Positions 10,672 to 21,187 of a DNA stretch of 36,207 bases are shown in pieces (the first letter of the stretch is position 1; each line of letters begins with the position of its first letter). The notes beneath the pieces are model-generated. The model was not told the origin of the DNA. It saw only the letters and a list, made by a program, of their open reading frames with translations, and did no database searches. The DNA lies in contig CAZGJX010000034.1 of assembly GCA_964525635.1 (NCBI GenBank), forward strand, positions 1 through 36,207. The letters run 5' to 3'. The DNA is from an uncultured archaeon. Lineage in GTDB: Archaea; Asgardarchaeota; Lokiarchaeia; Sigyniarchaeales; SOKP01. Made by a program: the position numbers and the translations under genes.

Positions 10672-10875
10672 TGTTATTGTAATATGATCACGTATTCTAT
10701 GTAAATCATTTATTATTTTGTAATTAAACTATTTAAACATTGCATTTTTTTAAGGATAAAATTATAACAATTTTGAAAAAATAGAGACCTTTATAATTTT
10801 AAAATAAAATTATATATTGATAGGAAGTTTAACTTTTCAATAATGACTTAATAATTAAGATAATAATTATTAATT

Positions 10876-12393
10876 ATGGAAAAAATAAATAATCAATTAT
10901 CTAATAAAGATTTTTCAAAGATATATTCCTTTATCTCAGAAGAATTAATAAAAGCTATGAATTTTAAAGAATTACTAGAAAAATTCAATTTTTTTAAAAA
11001 TAATTCTGATAAAATTAAAATTATTGAAAAGTTAAACACTTTAAAATGGATTAATTATGAAGGAGAAAATAGAAAAATTTACTATATTAAGAAATCTTTA
11101 TTTGATTTTATAGATCTATTTTCTTTAGACCAAGGAATTAATAAATTATTTCATCTTATTGACTCGAAAGAAGAACAAAATTTAAATAAAAATGACAAGA
11201 TTTTAAATACTTTTATTGGTCATCTATTGAAAGCCAAACTTAGGAAAAGAAAAAGGGTTCCATTCAAAATATCCTTAGATATCAATGATGTGATTAAGAC
11301 AATAAAATATGATTTTAAATATATTGAAGAAAAAATCCAAATACCAGAAGATTCCCTTAAACTTAGTAATTTTTCAGATGGAGAACTTATTGATAAAATT
11401 GATTCTTTATTAAATAAAAAGATTGATATACCTATAAAAATTCCTTTACTTTCATATGAAAATATCATTTATGATGAAATAGGTAGATATTTTACAGGAC
11501 AAAAAACAGAATTATTAAATAAAAACAATCCCAACTTTAGTCTCAAAAAAATCTTACATGTTGCTGAGATAGTAAAAGAACTTATTATAAGTAAAAGTTA
11601 TAAAACTATTGAAAACATTTATATTGAAGAAAAAGTTTTTTTTAAAGATTTAGAGTCAATAAAATTGGCAACTAAATATTTAGCTTTAATTATTGGAACT
11701 TTCTATGATAATTTGCATATTTTAAATAATATTGCAGGTAATATAAAAGGTCCATTGATTATTAAGACGAAATTTAGAGAATTTGATATTTCTAAATCAA
11801 AATCATATATAGTCCCCATTGATGGGAATATAGAAATAATAGATTCCAGTGCTGTAGCTATTATTTTAATAGAGAATACTGCTGAAATGATTAAATTAAG
11901 TTTGACTAATTTTTGGAAAAGATTTCCCTGTATATTAATATCAACTACACATTTTCCTAACCATATATTAAGATATATTATAAAAAATATCAGTTCAACA
12001 TTTAAAATCCCTATATTTGGAATTTTTGATTTAACTCCAAGAGGTATTAAAAACCTACTATCATTTGTTTATAGCAATGTCGAACTTGCAAGTGAGACAC
12101 CAAAATTGGCATTGAATAATTTTTATTGGCTTGGTCTATTCCCAAACGATATAAATACATATAAACTTAACAAAGAAAATATAGTAAAAATGAATATTGA
12201 GGATCTTAATGATTTAAATATGTTATTAGAACAAAAATCTATCTCAAAAAATCCAAATCTAAAAGATCTTTTAAAGATAATCTTAGAAAATAAAAATAAT
12301 ATACAACTTTTCAACATTAATGGACATTATGAATATAATTTTCCTAATTATATTTTGTCAAAAATCCAAAATAAAGCATATATAAAGCTTTAA
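10876..12393 (+). CDS. Degenerate Spo11/DNA topoisomerase VI subunit A-like protein with an extra N-terminal domain
   Basis: Residues ~185-505 are collinear with Top6A: GNIKGPLII, IILIEN (TOPRIM Glu), FWKRFPCILIS, IPIFGIFDLTPRG (DxDPxG position), WLGLFPNDI, YILSKI. Catalytic motifs are altered. Confidence 0.8.
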   Translation: MEKINNQLSNKDFSKIYSFISEELIKAMNFKELLEKFNFFKNNSDKIKIIEKLNTLKWINYEGENRKIYYIKKSLFDFIDLFSLDQGINKLFHLIDSKEEQNLNKNDKILNTFIGHLLKAKLRKRKRVPFKISLDINDVIKTIKYDFKYIEEKIQIPEDSLKLSNFSDGELIDKIDSLLNKKIDIPIKIPLLSYENIIYDEIGRYFTGQKTELLNKNNPNFSLKKILHVAEIVKELIISKSYKTIENIYIEEKVFFKDLESIKLATKYLALIIGTFYDNLHILNNIAGNIKGPLIIKTKFREFDISKSKSYIVPIDGNIEIIDSSAVAIILIENTAEMIKLSLTNFWKRFPCILISTTHFPNHILRYIIKNISSTFKIPIFGIFDLTPRGIKNLLSFVYSNVELASETPKLALNNFYWLGLFPNDINTYKLNKENIVKMNIEDLNDLNMLLEQKSISKNPNLKDLLKIILENKNNIQLFNINGHYEYNFPNYILSKIQNKAYIKL

Positions 12394-12728
12394 ATCTATA
12401 ATATTAATATTCTATAATTTATCTATTATCTTAAAAATTTTTCTTAAATTTTATTCCTTGGTGTAAGAATTTTGATATAGTATTATATATATTAAAAATT
12501 ATAAATATAATTAGATGAATCTAAATTTCTGCTTAATCCTTATAAATTGCATTAAATTATCAATTAATTTTTTTTTAAAAAGCCTATTCTCAAATTCTAT
12601 GAATTTACAAAATCAAATGATAATATTTGAGATTATCAAATAATTTAGAAATTTTTCATTAAAATATATTTATAAAAAGATTTAAATCACCAATAGAGGC
12701 AAAATAATTAAATTACTACTTAAAAATT

Positions 12729-14096
12729 ATGAACGACACAAATTTTCTATTTTCCAATGAAGATTTTCTTGAAATTAATACATTTATCTCGAATGAATTA
12801 TTAAATTTAATAAATTTTAAGGAATTATTAGAAAAATTAAAGGATATACGAAATAACCCAAATAAAATTAAAATTCTCAAAAAACTTAACAGATTAAAAT
12901 GGATTAAATATGAAGGTAAACATATAAAAATTCAAAATATTAAAAAAATTCTATATGATTTTTCTATTATAGTTTCTTGGCCACAAGAAGCTAATCAATT
13001 ATTTCATTCTTTTAATTGTGGGAAAATTCTTTTTGGAAAAATAGAAAATATAAATGAACAGGATAAAATTCTATGTAATTTCATTTATCACCTACATTAT
13101 GCTAGGCATCATAAAAGTAAGATGTTGCAAATAATCAATGAAAGATTGAATTTAAACTCTAAACCAGAAAAAGAAAAAAAGGAAGAAAATGAAGAGTTTC
13201 GAGTAACACAACTTAAGAGCCATTCTGAAGAGATTGTAAACATTACTATATCTCCAAATGGTATGTACATTGCAAGTTGTTCAATTGAAGGTTCGATTAA
13301 AATTTGGGATTTTAACACTGGAGATTTGTTATGGACTCTTAAAGGAAAAGAATGGTCTTCAAGTTTTATAAGTGTAATATTTTCTTCAGATGGAAAATAT
13401 TTCATTTGCGGTACTATTGAAGGAACTATTAAAATCTTTGATTTCCCCCCGACAAAATTAATACAATCATTTAAAGCACATAAAAGATATGTTAATTCAT
13501 TACTTCTTACTCAAAATAATAATATTATAAGTTCAGAGAATACCTCTATAAAGATTTTAGAATTTCCCTCATTAAAACCATTAAAAACTTTGACTAATGA
13601 TAATAAATTAATTTATTCTATGGCACTTAATCCCTCATCAACAATACTTGCAAGTGGAGGGCAAGATTGTAAAGTAAAATTATGGAATACTAATAGTGGA
13701 GAATTAATCACAACAATACAGCATTTTAAAAGAAGAATAACCTCTGTGATTTTTTCTCCTGATGGAAAGTTTTTAATTATTGGAAGTGATATCGTTTCAA
13801 TAAAAATATGGGATCTTTCAGAACGAAAATTTACAGGAGAATTGAAAGGAAAAAAAATGAAAGAACTTTCTTTAAAGTTCACTTCCGATGGAAAATATTT
13901 AATCGGTGGTCGTTTTGGGACAATAATGATATGGGATTTTACCACTAAAAAATTAATTAAAGAAATTAAGGCTCATCAAAGTTTGATTAGTACTCTTGCA
14001 ATCACTCTCGACAATCGATATATAATTAGTGGTTCTTGGGATAAAACAATAAAGATCTGGGATATGGAACTAATATTAAAATCAATACAAAATTAA
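12729..14096 (+). CDS. WD40-repeat (7-blade beta-propeller) protein with N-terminal domain paralogous to that of the upstream Spo11-like gene
   Basis: Seven WD40 repeats ending IKIWD, IKIFD, IKILE, VKLWN, IKIWD, IMIWD, IKIWD. N-terminal 78 aa are 44/78 identical (ungapped, hand count) to ORF 10876. Confidence 0.92.
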   Translation: MNDTNFLFSNEDFLEINTFISNELLNLINFKELLEKLKDIRNNPNKIKILKKLNRLKWIKYEGKHIKIQNIKKILYDFSIIVSWPQEANQLFHSFNCGKILFGKIENINEQDKILCNFIYHLHYARHHKSKMLQIINERLNLNSKPEKEKKEENEEFRVTQLKSHSEEIVNITISPNGMYIASCSIEGSIKIWDFNTGDLLWTLKGKEWSSSFISVIFSSDGKYFICGTIEGTIKIFDFPPTKLIQSFKAHKRYVNSLLLTQNNNIISSENTSIKILEFPSLKPLKTLTNDNKLIYSMALNPSSTILASGGQDCKVKLWNTNSGELITTIQHFKRRITSVIFSPDGKFLIIGSDIVSIKIWDLSERKFTGELKGKKMKELSLKFTSDGKYLIGGRFGTIMIWDFTTKKLIKEIKAHQSLISTLAITLDNRYIISGSWDKTIKIWDMELILKSIQN

Positions 14097-14308
14097 TATG
14101 AGTTTAAAATATACGATAATTAAGCAGATAATTTATCTTATAAACCATTTAAATTTTAAGATAAGGATTTTTTTAAGGAAAATATAGTGATTTATAATAA
14201 TAAGCAGTTTAAATATTTTTTATGAAAATATTTATTAATCAATTCAATTAAAGTATTAAATAATTCTTTAAAAATATAGTATATAAAAAGACAAATAGGG
14301 ATTAAAAA

Positions 14309-17300
14309 ATGTGAAAGAGAAAGAATTATATTTATATTCTCCTGATAATCTTATTTTTTTCTTTATTTAATTGGAATCATTATTTTAACATTAGCAATTT
14401 AAAGAATGATTATATTAATGATGAGAATTTGAAAGTATCATATAATTCTAATTCAATATTATTTGATGAATTTTATTATAAATGGCATGCGATTGTACAT
14501 GGTAATCAGCAGCATTTTATAATGGAATAGAGAATTATACTTATTTAGGAAATAATATATTTCGTTGCAATGAGACTTTTGCTTATCAATATGAAGAACC
14601 ATACTTGGATTCAAGGGATGTGAATAATGTAACTAGGTTATTCGATGCATCAGCTCTTTGGGGAAGCAATTCTCATGATTGGGTATGGATTCACCGAAAT
14701 ATGACAATTAACACGAAAAATATTCCCATTCCTATTTTTACGGGAATGGAAGCTGAGCATTTATTTAATGTTACAGGAGAAGATGTTATAAATATTAATA
14801 ATACTTATTATAATGTATGGACTTTGGAGGACAACCAAAATAGTTTAGTTTATTATGAAAAAAATACAGGTTTGTTAGTTTCGGGTCTTTTTTATTTTGT
14901 TGGGACAAACTCATGGGAAATTAATATGACAGAAACAAACGCTATAATACCTTCTAATAATAACAACCCTAGTTTAGAAAATCCCACTTTAAATCCAATA
15001 ATTGGAAACCTTACTACTAATTTCAGATTCACAGTAAACTATTCTGATGGGGATAATAATCTACCGACCTCCATCAATGTTGTAATTAATAATACAGCTT
15101 ATAGTATGTCTAAACAAGACTTAGGAGATACCGATTATACTGATGGTGTCATTTATGAGTATCAGACATTTCTAACAAACGGTACATACAATTACTTCTT
15201 TAATGCATCCGATGGAGCATTTGTTACCTTAACAAGCACTTTTTCTGGTCCTAAAGTGTATTATAATAACTCATATTCTCCAATTCTGAATCAAGGTGCG
15301 GTAGATCCGCAATTAGGATATAATGCAACAACAGAATTCCTATTTCGAGTGAATTATTCTGATGCTGATAATAACCCCCCTGAATATATTAATGTTGAAA
15401 TAAATAATACGGTATATTCGATGATAAAAGAGGATCTATCCAATTTAAATTATATGGATGGTACATTCTATAGATATCCAATAGCGTTAAATGATACTGG
15501 ATATTATATTTATAACTTTACAGCATTTGACGGAATTAATACTATTAATCTTCCAGAAACAGGATTTTATCATAATCCAAATGTGACGAGACATGATCTA
15601 AATGATATAGATATAGGATGGATAGTGACTCATGGAGAAGATTCTAATGTTACATATTCTACATTTTTAAATAATGTGGTAGGTTTAGGAGCAACATCTA
15701 GCCAGTTTGACAAAGATATAAAACCTTCTACTCTATATCCATATGAATTATTAATGCTTGAAGAAGGTGGAAGTGTCTGGTCAAAATAAGAATTATTAAA
15801 TCTACGTTATTGGATTGAGAATGGAGGGGCATTATTAATTATTGGAGATAATCAAGGGGATGCTCAAGTAAGTGTAAGTAATTATTTTGACATATCATAC
15901 TCACCTTTAGGCGGAGCTGTAGGTTCATCTGCTCAAATTTATCATCCTCATTATCTTACTGTAAAAATAAACACGGTATTTTTCGAAAATTCAATTGCAT
16001 CAATTGATATAAATAATTCTAATTCGAATTTACAGATTATAGCTAATGCATCTAATGGAAGCCCTCAAATATGTTTGTTAGAATTAGGGATGGGAAAGAT
16101 TTTATGGATAGTAGATGAGATTTTAGATAATACTCAAATCTCAAGTGCAAATAACCGTCTATTTGGACTAAATGTATTAAGATGGATGAGTGAAAATAAA
16201 ATAAATGATTTTATTCCTAATCTTTCTAATGGAAATGTTGATCCAATAGAAGGTAATCCGACCACCTTTTTCAATTTCTCTGTAGTATATACTGATCAAG
16301 ATAATAATGGCCCCATGAATATAAGCTTAAATGTGAATGGAAATACCTACCAAATGGAAAAACAAAATCCTTTAGATTTTAATTATAAGGATGGTGTTAT
16401 ATTTCAATATATCACTACTTTACAAAATGGAACTTATAATTATTTTATAAATGCTTCTGATGGTGAACATAATGTAAGCACAACACTTTTAACAGGTCCA
16501 AATGTAAATTATATTAACAGTAATCCACCAGAATTAAATTTTGGAATGGTATCTCCAATTGAAGGATTTGAACATCAAATTTTTACGTTTCGGGCTAATT
16601 ATTCAGACAAAGATAATAATGCACCTAAATTTGTGAATATATCTATCGATGGAGATTCATTTGAAATGTATAAAATAAATCTACTAGATAACTATTATCT
16701 TGATGGAGTGATCTATGAATATAAGACTTTATTAGATATCGGTTTGCATCAATATTTCTTTAATACTTCCGATGGAGAATTCAATTCTTCAACTATAGTA
16801 AATGTTGGTCATTTAGTGAATCCATCACCACTAAAAGATATAAGAATAGGGTGGATTACATCACATGGAGAAAATTCAAATATATCTTATATAGATATGT
16901 TAAATAATGCGATTCATATGGGAGCAGAAGTAGAAATAATTAATTCCGCAATAAACAATGTTATATTGCAGGACTTTGACATTGTTGTCGTAAATGATGG
17001 AGGGATCAGCTGGTCATCAAATGAATTAGATTCATTGGAAGATTGGGTAATTGATGGAAATTCTGTATTGATTCTGGGAGACGAGCGTGATTATTCTCAG
17101 ATAAGTGTAAGTTCAAGATTCAATGTGTTTTATTTAAGTCAATCAGGTTATGTAGGGAATTCAACTCAAATTTATCATCCTCATAATGTTACTAATGACG
17201 TATCAAAAGTGTATTTTCCATATCCAACTTGCTCAATTTCATCGAGTTCAAATATCTATTTAACTCCTATAATAAATGACGCTTCAGGATTGAATACAGT

Positions 17301-17868
17301 AAGTTATTTACAATATGGTTCAGGAAAGTTACTATGGATTACAGATGATTGTTTTACAAATCTATACCTTAATGAAGCAGATAATAATTTATTATCAAAT
17401 AATACATGGAAATGGTTGGCAAATACATCGCCAAACCTAAATGCACCAAATATTAATAATGCTGAGGTTAATCCCTCAACAGGATCTCCTTCTACAATAT
17501 TTAAATTCTATTTATACTATTCAGATCTAGATGACTCCGCTCCAACAGACGTTTCAATTATAATAAATGGAACCATATATCAAATGGAAAGACAAGATAT
17601 ATATAATGATAATTATTTTGTTTCTGTAATATACAATTTTTCCATTCAATTATCTGCTGGAACATATAGTTATTACTTTAATGTCACAGATGGAAAATAT
17701 AATACAAGTTATCCCCTTGGAGAATTACAATTGATTGTCCAAGAGGACACAAATGGAGGAAATGGAGGAGATAATACTCTAATCATCATTATTGGAATTA
17801 CTATTCCTATTGCAAGCGTAGCTGTTGCTGTAACTTTAATTATAATAAAAAGAAAAAAAGCAATATAA
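14309..17868 (+). pseudogene. Large cell-surface protein (signal peptide, 5 Ig-like repeats, 2 GATase-like/DUF4350-like domains, C-terminal TM + KRKK), disrupted; includes ORFs 14605..15789 and 16075..17868
   Basis: Both ORFs are in the same frame and separated only by TAA 15787-15789; the read-through ELLNLRYWIENGGALLIIGD matches the second-copy ELDSLEDWVIDGNSVLILGD. A frameshift near 14495-14520 links to an upstream signal-peptide frame (KRKNYIYILLIILFFSLF) that begins ATG-TGA at 14309. Confidence 0.78.
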
Positions 17869-17987
17869 TCCCAATTTTTTTTATTTTTACTTACTTATTT
17901 TAATATAAAATCAATCTAAATGTTTAGATAATATTAATTTAATTTGTATAAATTTAGTATTATGAATAGAAAGATAAAATAAAAAAT

Positions 17988-18275
17988 TTAAAAATGCCTC
18001 GCGGAAGTACCATCCCATGCTTTTACTTCAGGATTTACCGTATTACAGACAGGACAAGAGAGAGATACTTCCCATGTCTCAAGGGCAGGATGGATCCTTG
18101 TATAAAGATTGCCACATTGTTCACAGACAAGGAATTTAGCCCCACATTTACTGCACATCTTTAATTGACCATCTTCCACGAACTTGAACGTCCTAGAAAG
18201 CCAATCATCTTTTGTTATAGAGAAACTATCTCCTCCACACTCACTACAATGTTTTCCATCAAATATATCAGACAT
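17988..18275 (-). CDS. Small double zinc-ribbon protein
   Basis: Four CxxC pairs (CSEC, CSKC, CEQC, CPVC) in 95 aa. Confidence 0.78.
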   Translation of the reverse strand: MSDIFDGKHCSECGGDSFSITKDDWLSRTFKFVEDGQLKMCSKCGAKFLVCEQCGNLYTRIHPALETWEVSLSCPVCNTVNPEVKAWDGTSARHF

Positions 18276-18642
18276 TTTCTTTCAATAGAATTTTTTTTGG
18301 TTATATTATTTATTTAATAGGCAAATTTAATAAAAATTTTTGTTTTTGGATAAATGTATTTAGATATATTTGTGTCTATGAGTAAATATATAATTTATGA
18401 CATTATTTGAATTTTAATTCATTGATTTTAAAATTATTTGTTTATTTAACATATCTTTTTTAATTTTGTTAATTTCACAAATTTTTATGCAATAATTAAA
18501 AATAGTAGAAAAATTATCTTCGATAGAATAAAATTTTATTTTAATAAAGTAAAATTAAAAATATCGTTAATTGAAGTAAATTTAAAACTTCACAATAACA
18601 ATAATATATAAGAAGAAGAAAATAAAATAAAGATATTCAATA

Positions 18643-19107
18643 ATGAGTGAAATAAAGATTAAAGTAGAAATTGCAACTCCAGATCAGATTGAATCATTAA
18701 AAGTATTAACAAAATTATTAGTTGAAAGTTTAGGTCAAGAATTTGAACTAAAAAGGTTTGACTGGGGAATACGTCGAAGATTATATGATCCATTACAAAG
18801 ACATGGTATTTTGATAGCAACTGAGGAAATTTCAAATAAAGTTGTTGGAATGATAATAGCTGAACTTCGTATTGATCCATTTGGGAAATCTGAAGGATAT
18901 ATTAAACAGTTTTATTTGAAAAAAGAGTATAGAGGTAAAGCGGTAGGTCGTATACTTTTAGAAAAAGCATTGGAACATTTAAAAAAAATAAATGTAGAAA
19001 AAGTAAAAGTAAATATTAGAGAAAAGGCAATAAAAGCAGCAGAGCTCTATAAAGAGATGAATTTTAAAAAAAAATACGAAGTTCATGAATTGGTTTTATC
19101 TAATTAA
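18643..19107 (+). CDS. GNAT family N-acetyltransferase
   Basis: VVGMIIA beta strand, motif A YLKKEYRGKAVGRILL, motif B AAELYKEMNF. Confidence 0.9.
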   Translation: MSEIKIKVEIATPDQIESLKVLTKLLVESLGQEFELKRFDWGIRRRLYDPLQRHGILIATEEISNKVVGMIIAELRIDPFGKSEGYIKQFYLKKEYRGKAVGRILLEKALEHLKKINVEKVKVNIREKAIKAAELYKEMNFKKKYEVHELVLSN

Positions 19108-19134
19108 TAATATCTTTTTTTGTGAATTAAAACA

Positions 19135-20130
19135 ATGAGTGCTGATTTAGATACTCCTTGGATTGAAAAATATCGCCCAAAAGACTTTAATGAAATAATA
19201 AGTCAAACTATCGCAACTCATAACCTAAAGGAATTTGTTAAAGAAAGTAATAAAATGCCTCATATGATTTTTGCAGGTCCAGCAGGTACAGGTAAGACAA
19301 GTACTGCTTTAATTATTGCAAATAAATTACTAAAAGGCGAAAAGTATTATAGAAATGTTTTAGAATTAAATGCTTCAGATACGGTAAGGATGGATTTTGT
19401 CAGAAAAGAAATGAAAAATTTTGTTAATCAAAATATGATATTGTCCGAAAATGAATTAAAAATAGTTATTTTAGATGAAGCCGACAATATACCAAAAACA
19501 GTACAACAAACATTGAGAAGAATAATTGAAGGAGCACCTACAAATGTCAAATTTATATTGATGTGTAATTATATAAATGAAATTATTGATCCAATAATCT
19601 CTCGCTGTGCTGTATTCAGATTTATAAAACTTCCCAAAGAAAAAATAATTGACCGTTTAAAATTTATAGTAAAACAGGAAAATTTAATTATTCCAAAAGA
19701 AAAAGAGAGTGAGTTTTTTGACACATTATATTTTATTTCTGCGGGTGATTTAAGAAAAGCAATAAATACTTTACAAATGGCTGTAGCACTTAAATTATTA
19801 AAACAAATAGATATTAATGAGATTCTAAAAATATCTGGTTTTATTGAAATACCAACAATTGAAAAACTGTTAAAATTACTTAATGAAGGCAATTTTAAGG
19901 AGGTTAGAACTATTTTTAATTCAATCAGTAATATAGATAGTAGGAATTTCATAAGACAATTAGCTAATATTATTTTGAATATTGATACAATTGATAAATT
20001 AAATCTTTTAAAACTAAGAGTCTTTTTTGGAGAGATTGATAATCGTATCACTCAAGGAGCAGATGAAAATATACAACTAACTGCTCTTATATCAGAAATA
20101 TTTTTAAGAATTAAAAAAGGAAGTGAATAA
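19135..20130 (+). CDS. rfcS: Replication factor C small subunit
   Basis: PWIEKYRP, Walker A GPAGTGKT, LELNASD, Walker B ILDEAD, SRC arginine finger, GDLRKAINTLQ. Confidence 0.96.
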   Translation: MSADLDTPWIEKYRPKDFNEIISQTIATHNLKEFVKESNKMPHMIFAGPAGTGKTSTALIIANKLLKGEKYYRNVLELNASDTVRMDFVRKEMKNFVNQNMILSENELKIVILDEADNIPKTVQQTLRRIIEGAPTNVKFILMCNYINEIIDPIISRCAVFRFIKLPKEKIIDRLKFIVKQENLIIPKEKESEFFDTLYFISAGDLRKAINTLQMAVALKLLKQIDINEILKISGFIEIPTIEKLLKLLNEGNFKEVRTIFNSISNIDSRNFIRQLANIILNIDTIDKLNLLKLRVFFGEIDNRITQGADENIQLTALISEIFLRIKKGSE

Positions 20131-20145
20131 ACTATATCTGATGAA

Positions 20146-21180
20146 ATGCCAATCTGGCGTCTTAAATATTTACCAAAAACTTTGGATGAAATATGGGGAA
20201 GAAAAAGTCTAATTTCACGATTAAAAGATTTTATAGAAAAAAAGAATCTTCCACATTTATTATTTATAGGTTCTGAGGGAATTGGAAAAACAACAATAGC
20301 TAAATTGTTTGCTAAAGAATTTTTAAATAGTTATTTTAATGCTAATTTTAAATTAATATATGCAGATATTCCTTTAACACAGGAGGAAAGATCCTTAGCT
20401 AAATCAGAAGCTTATATCTCAACCAGTAAAATAGGTAGTATGGCTGGGAGGAAAATTACCACTCCTGCATTCATTCAAGTTAAAGTTAAACCTTTTGTAC
20501 AATTAAAAGTAATTGGTGATATTCCATTTAAAATTCTTGTCGTGAAGAATTTCGAAGCTTTAGGTTCAAATCAACAAGGCTTTAGAAGATTAATGGAAAT
20601 TTATGGATCTAATTGTAGAATGATATTAATAACAACGAAGATTTCTGGTATTATTGATCCAATTGTCTCTAGATGTCAATTATTCCTAATTCCTCAAATA
20701 GATTTCAATAGTTTTAATAAGCTGTTTCTTAAAATCAGTTCAAATGAGAATGTAGAAATAGAAAAAGATGTTATCAAAACTCTCTATAAAATTACTGACG
20801 GAAGAATTTCAAAAGCAATAGATTTAGTTCAAATATGCGATAAATCAGATGGAATAATAAATTTGAATACATTATTTGAAAGCTTAAAAAAATTTAAAAT
20901 CGAAGAGATTGAAAAGTTGATATTAGCAAGTTTTAAGGGAGATTTTATAAAAGCGAGAAATTTATTCAGAAATATCTTATCTATTTATAAATATAATATT
21001 AATGATTTCTTTCAGAAGATTTTAGAAGTGATAAATAAATTACCTCTTTCCAAATATGCTAAAATTAAATTGATTAATCTAATTGCTGAAGCTGATTTTC
21101 GTGCCTTAGATGGAAGAGATGTAGATATTCAAATATCTTCTTTAATATCCAAAATTAGTATTTTTGGGGAGAACATGTGA
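20146..21180 (+). CDS. rfcS: Second, divergent replication factor C small subunit (RFC-S2-like)
   Basis: WRLKYLP, LPHLLFIGSEGIGKT, IIDPIVSRC and C-terminal AEADFR...G..IQI. Walker B is replaced by VVKNFEAL. Confidence 0.85.
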   Translation: MPIWRLKYLPKTLDEIWGRKSLISRLKDFIEKKNLPHLLFIGSEGIGKTTIAKLFAKEFLNSYFNANFKLIYADIPLTQEERSLAKSEAYISTSKIGSMAGRKITTPAFIQVKVKPFVQLKVIGDIPFKILVVKNFEALGSNQQGFRRLMEIYGSNCRMILITTKISGIIDPIVSRCQLFLIPQIDFNSFNKLFLKISSNENVEIEKDVIKTLYKITDGRISKAIDLVQICDKSDGIINLNTLFESLKKFKIEEIEKLILASFKGDFIKARNLFRNILSIYKYNINDFFQKILEVINKLPLSKYAKIKLINLIAEADFRALDGRDVDIQISSLISKISIFGENM

Positions 21181-21187
21181 TATTTAT

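Noticed and set aside
15787-15789. Stop-codon recoding (Sec/Pyl) in the surface protein gene
   Set aside because: The in-frame stop is TAA, not TGA/TAG, and the gene has other lesions. The TGA at 14312 is codon 2 of a signal peptide, implausible for Sec.
21164-21187. TTG start for rfcL
   Set aside because: It overlaps the rfcS2 end; ATG 21188 gives a normal N-terminus just before PWVEKYRP.
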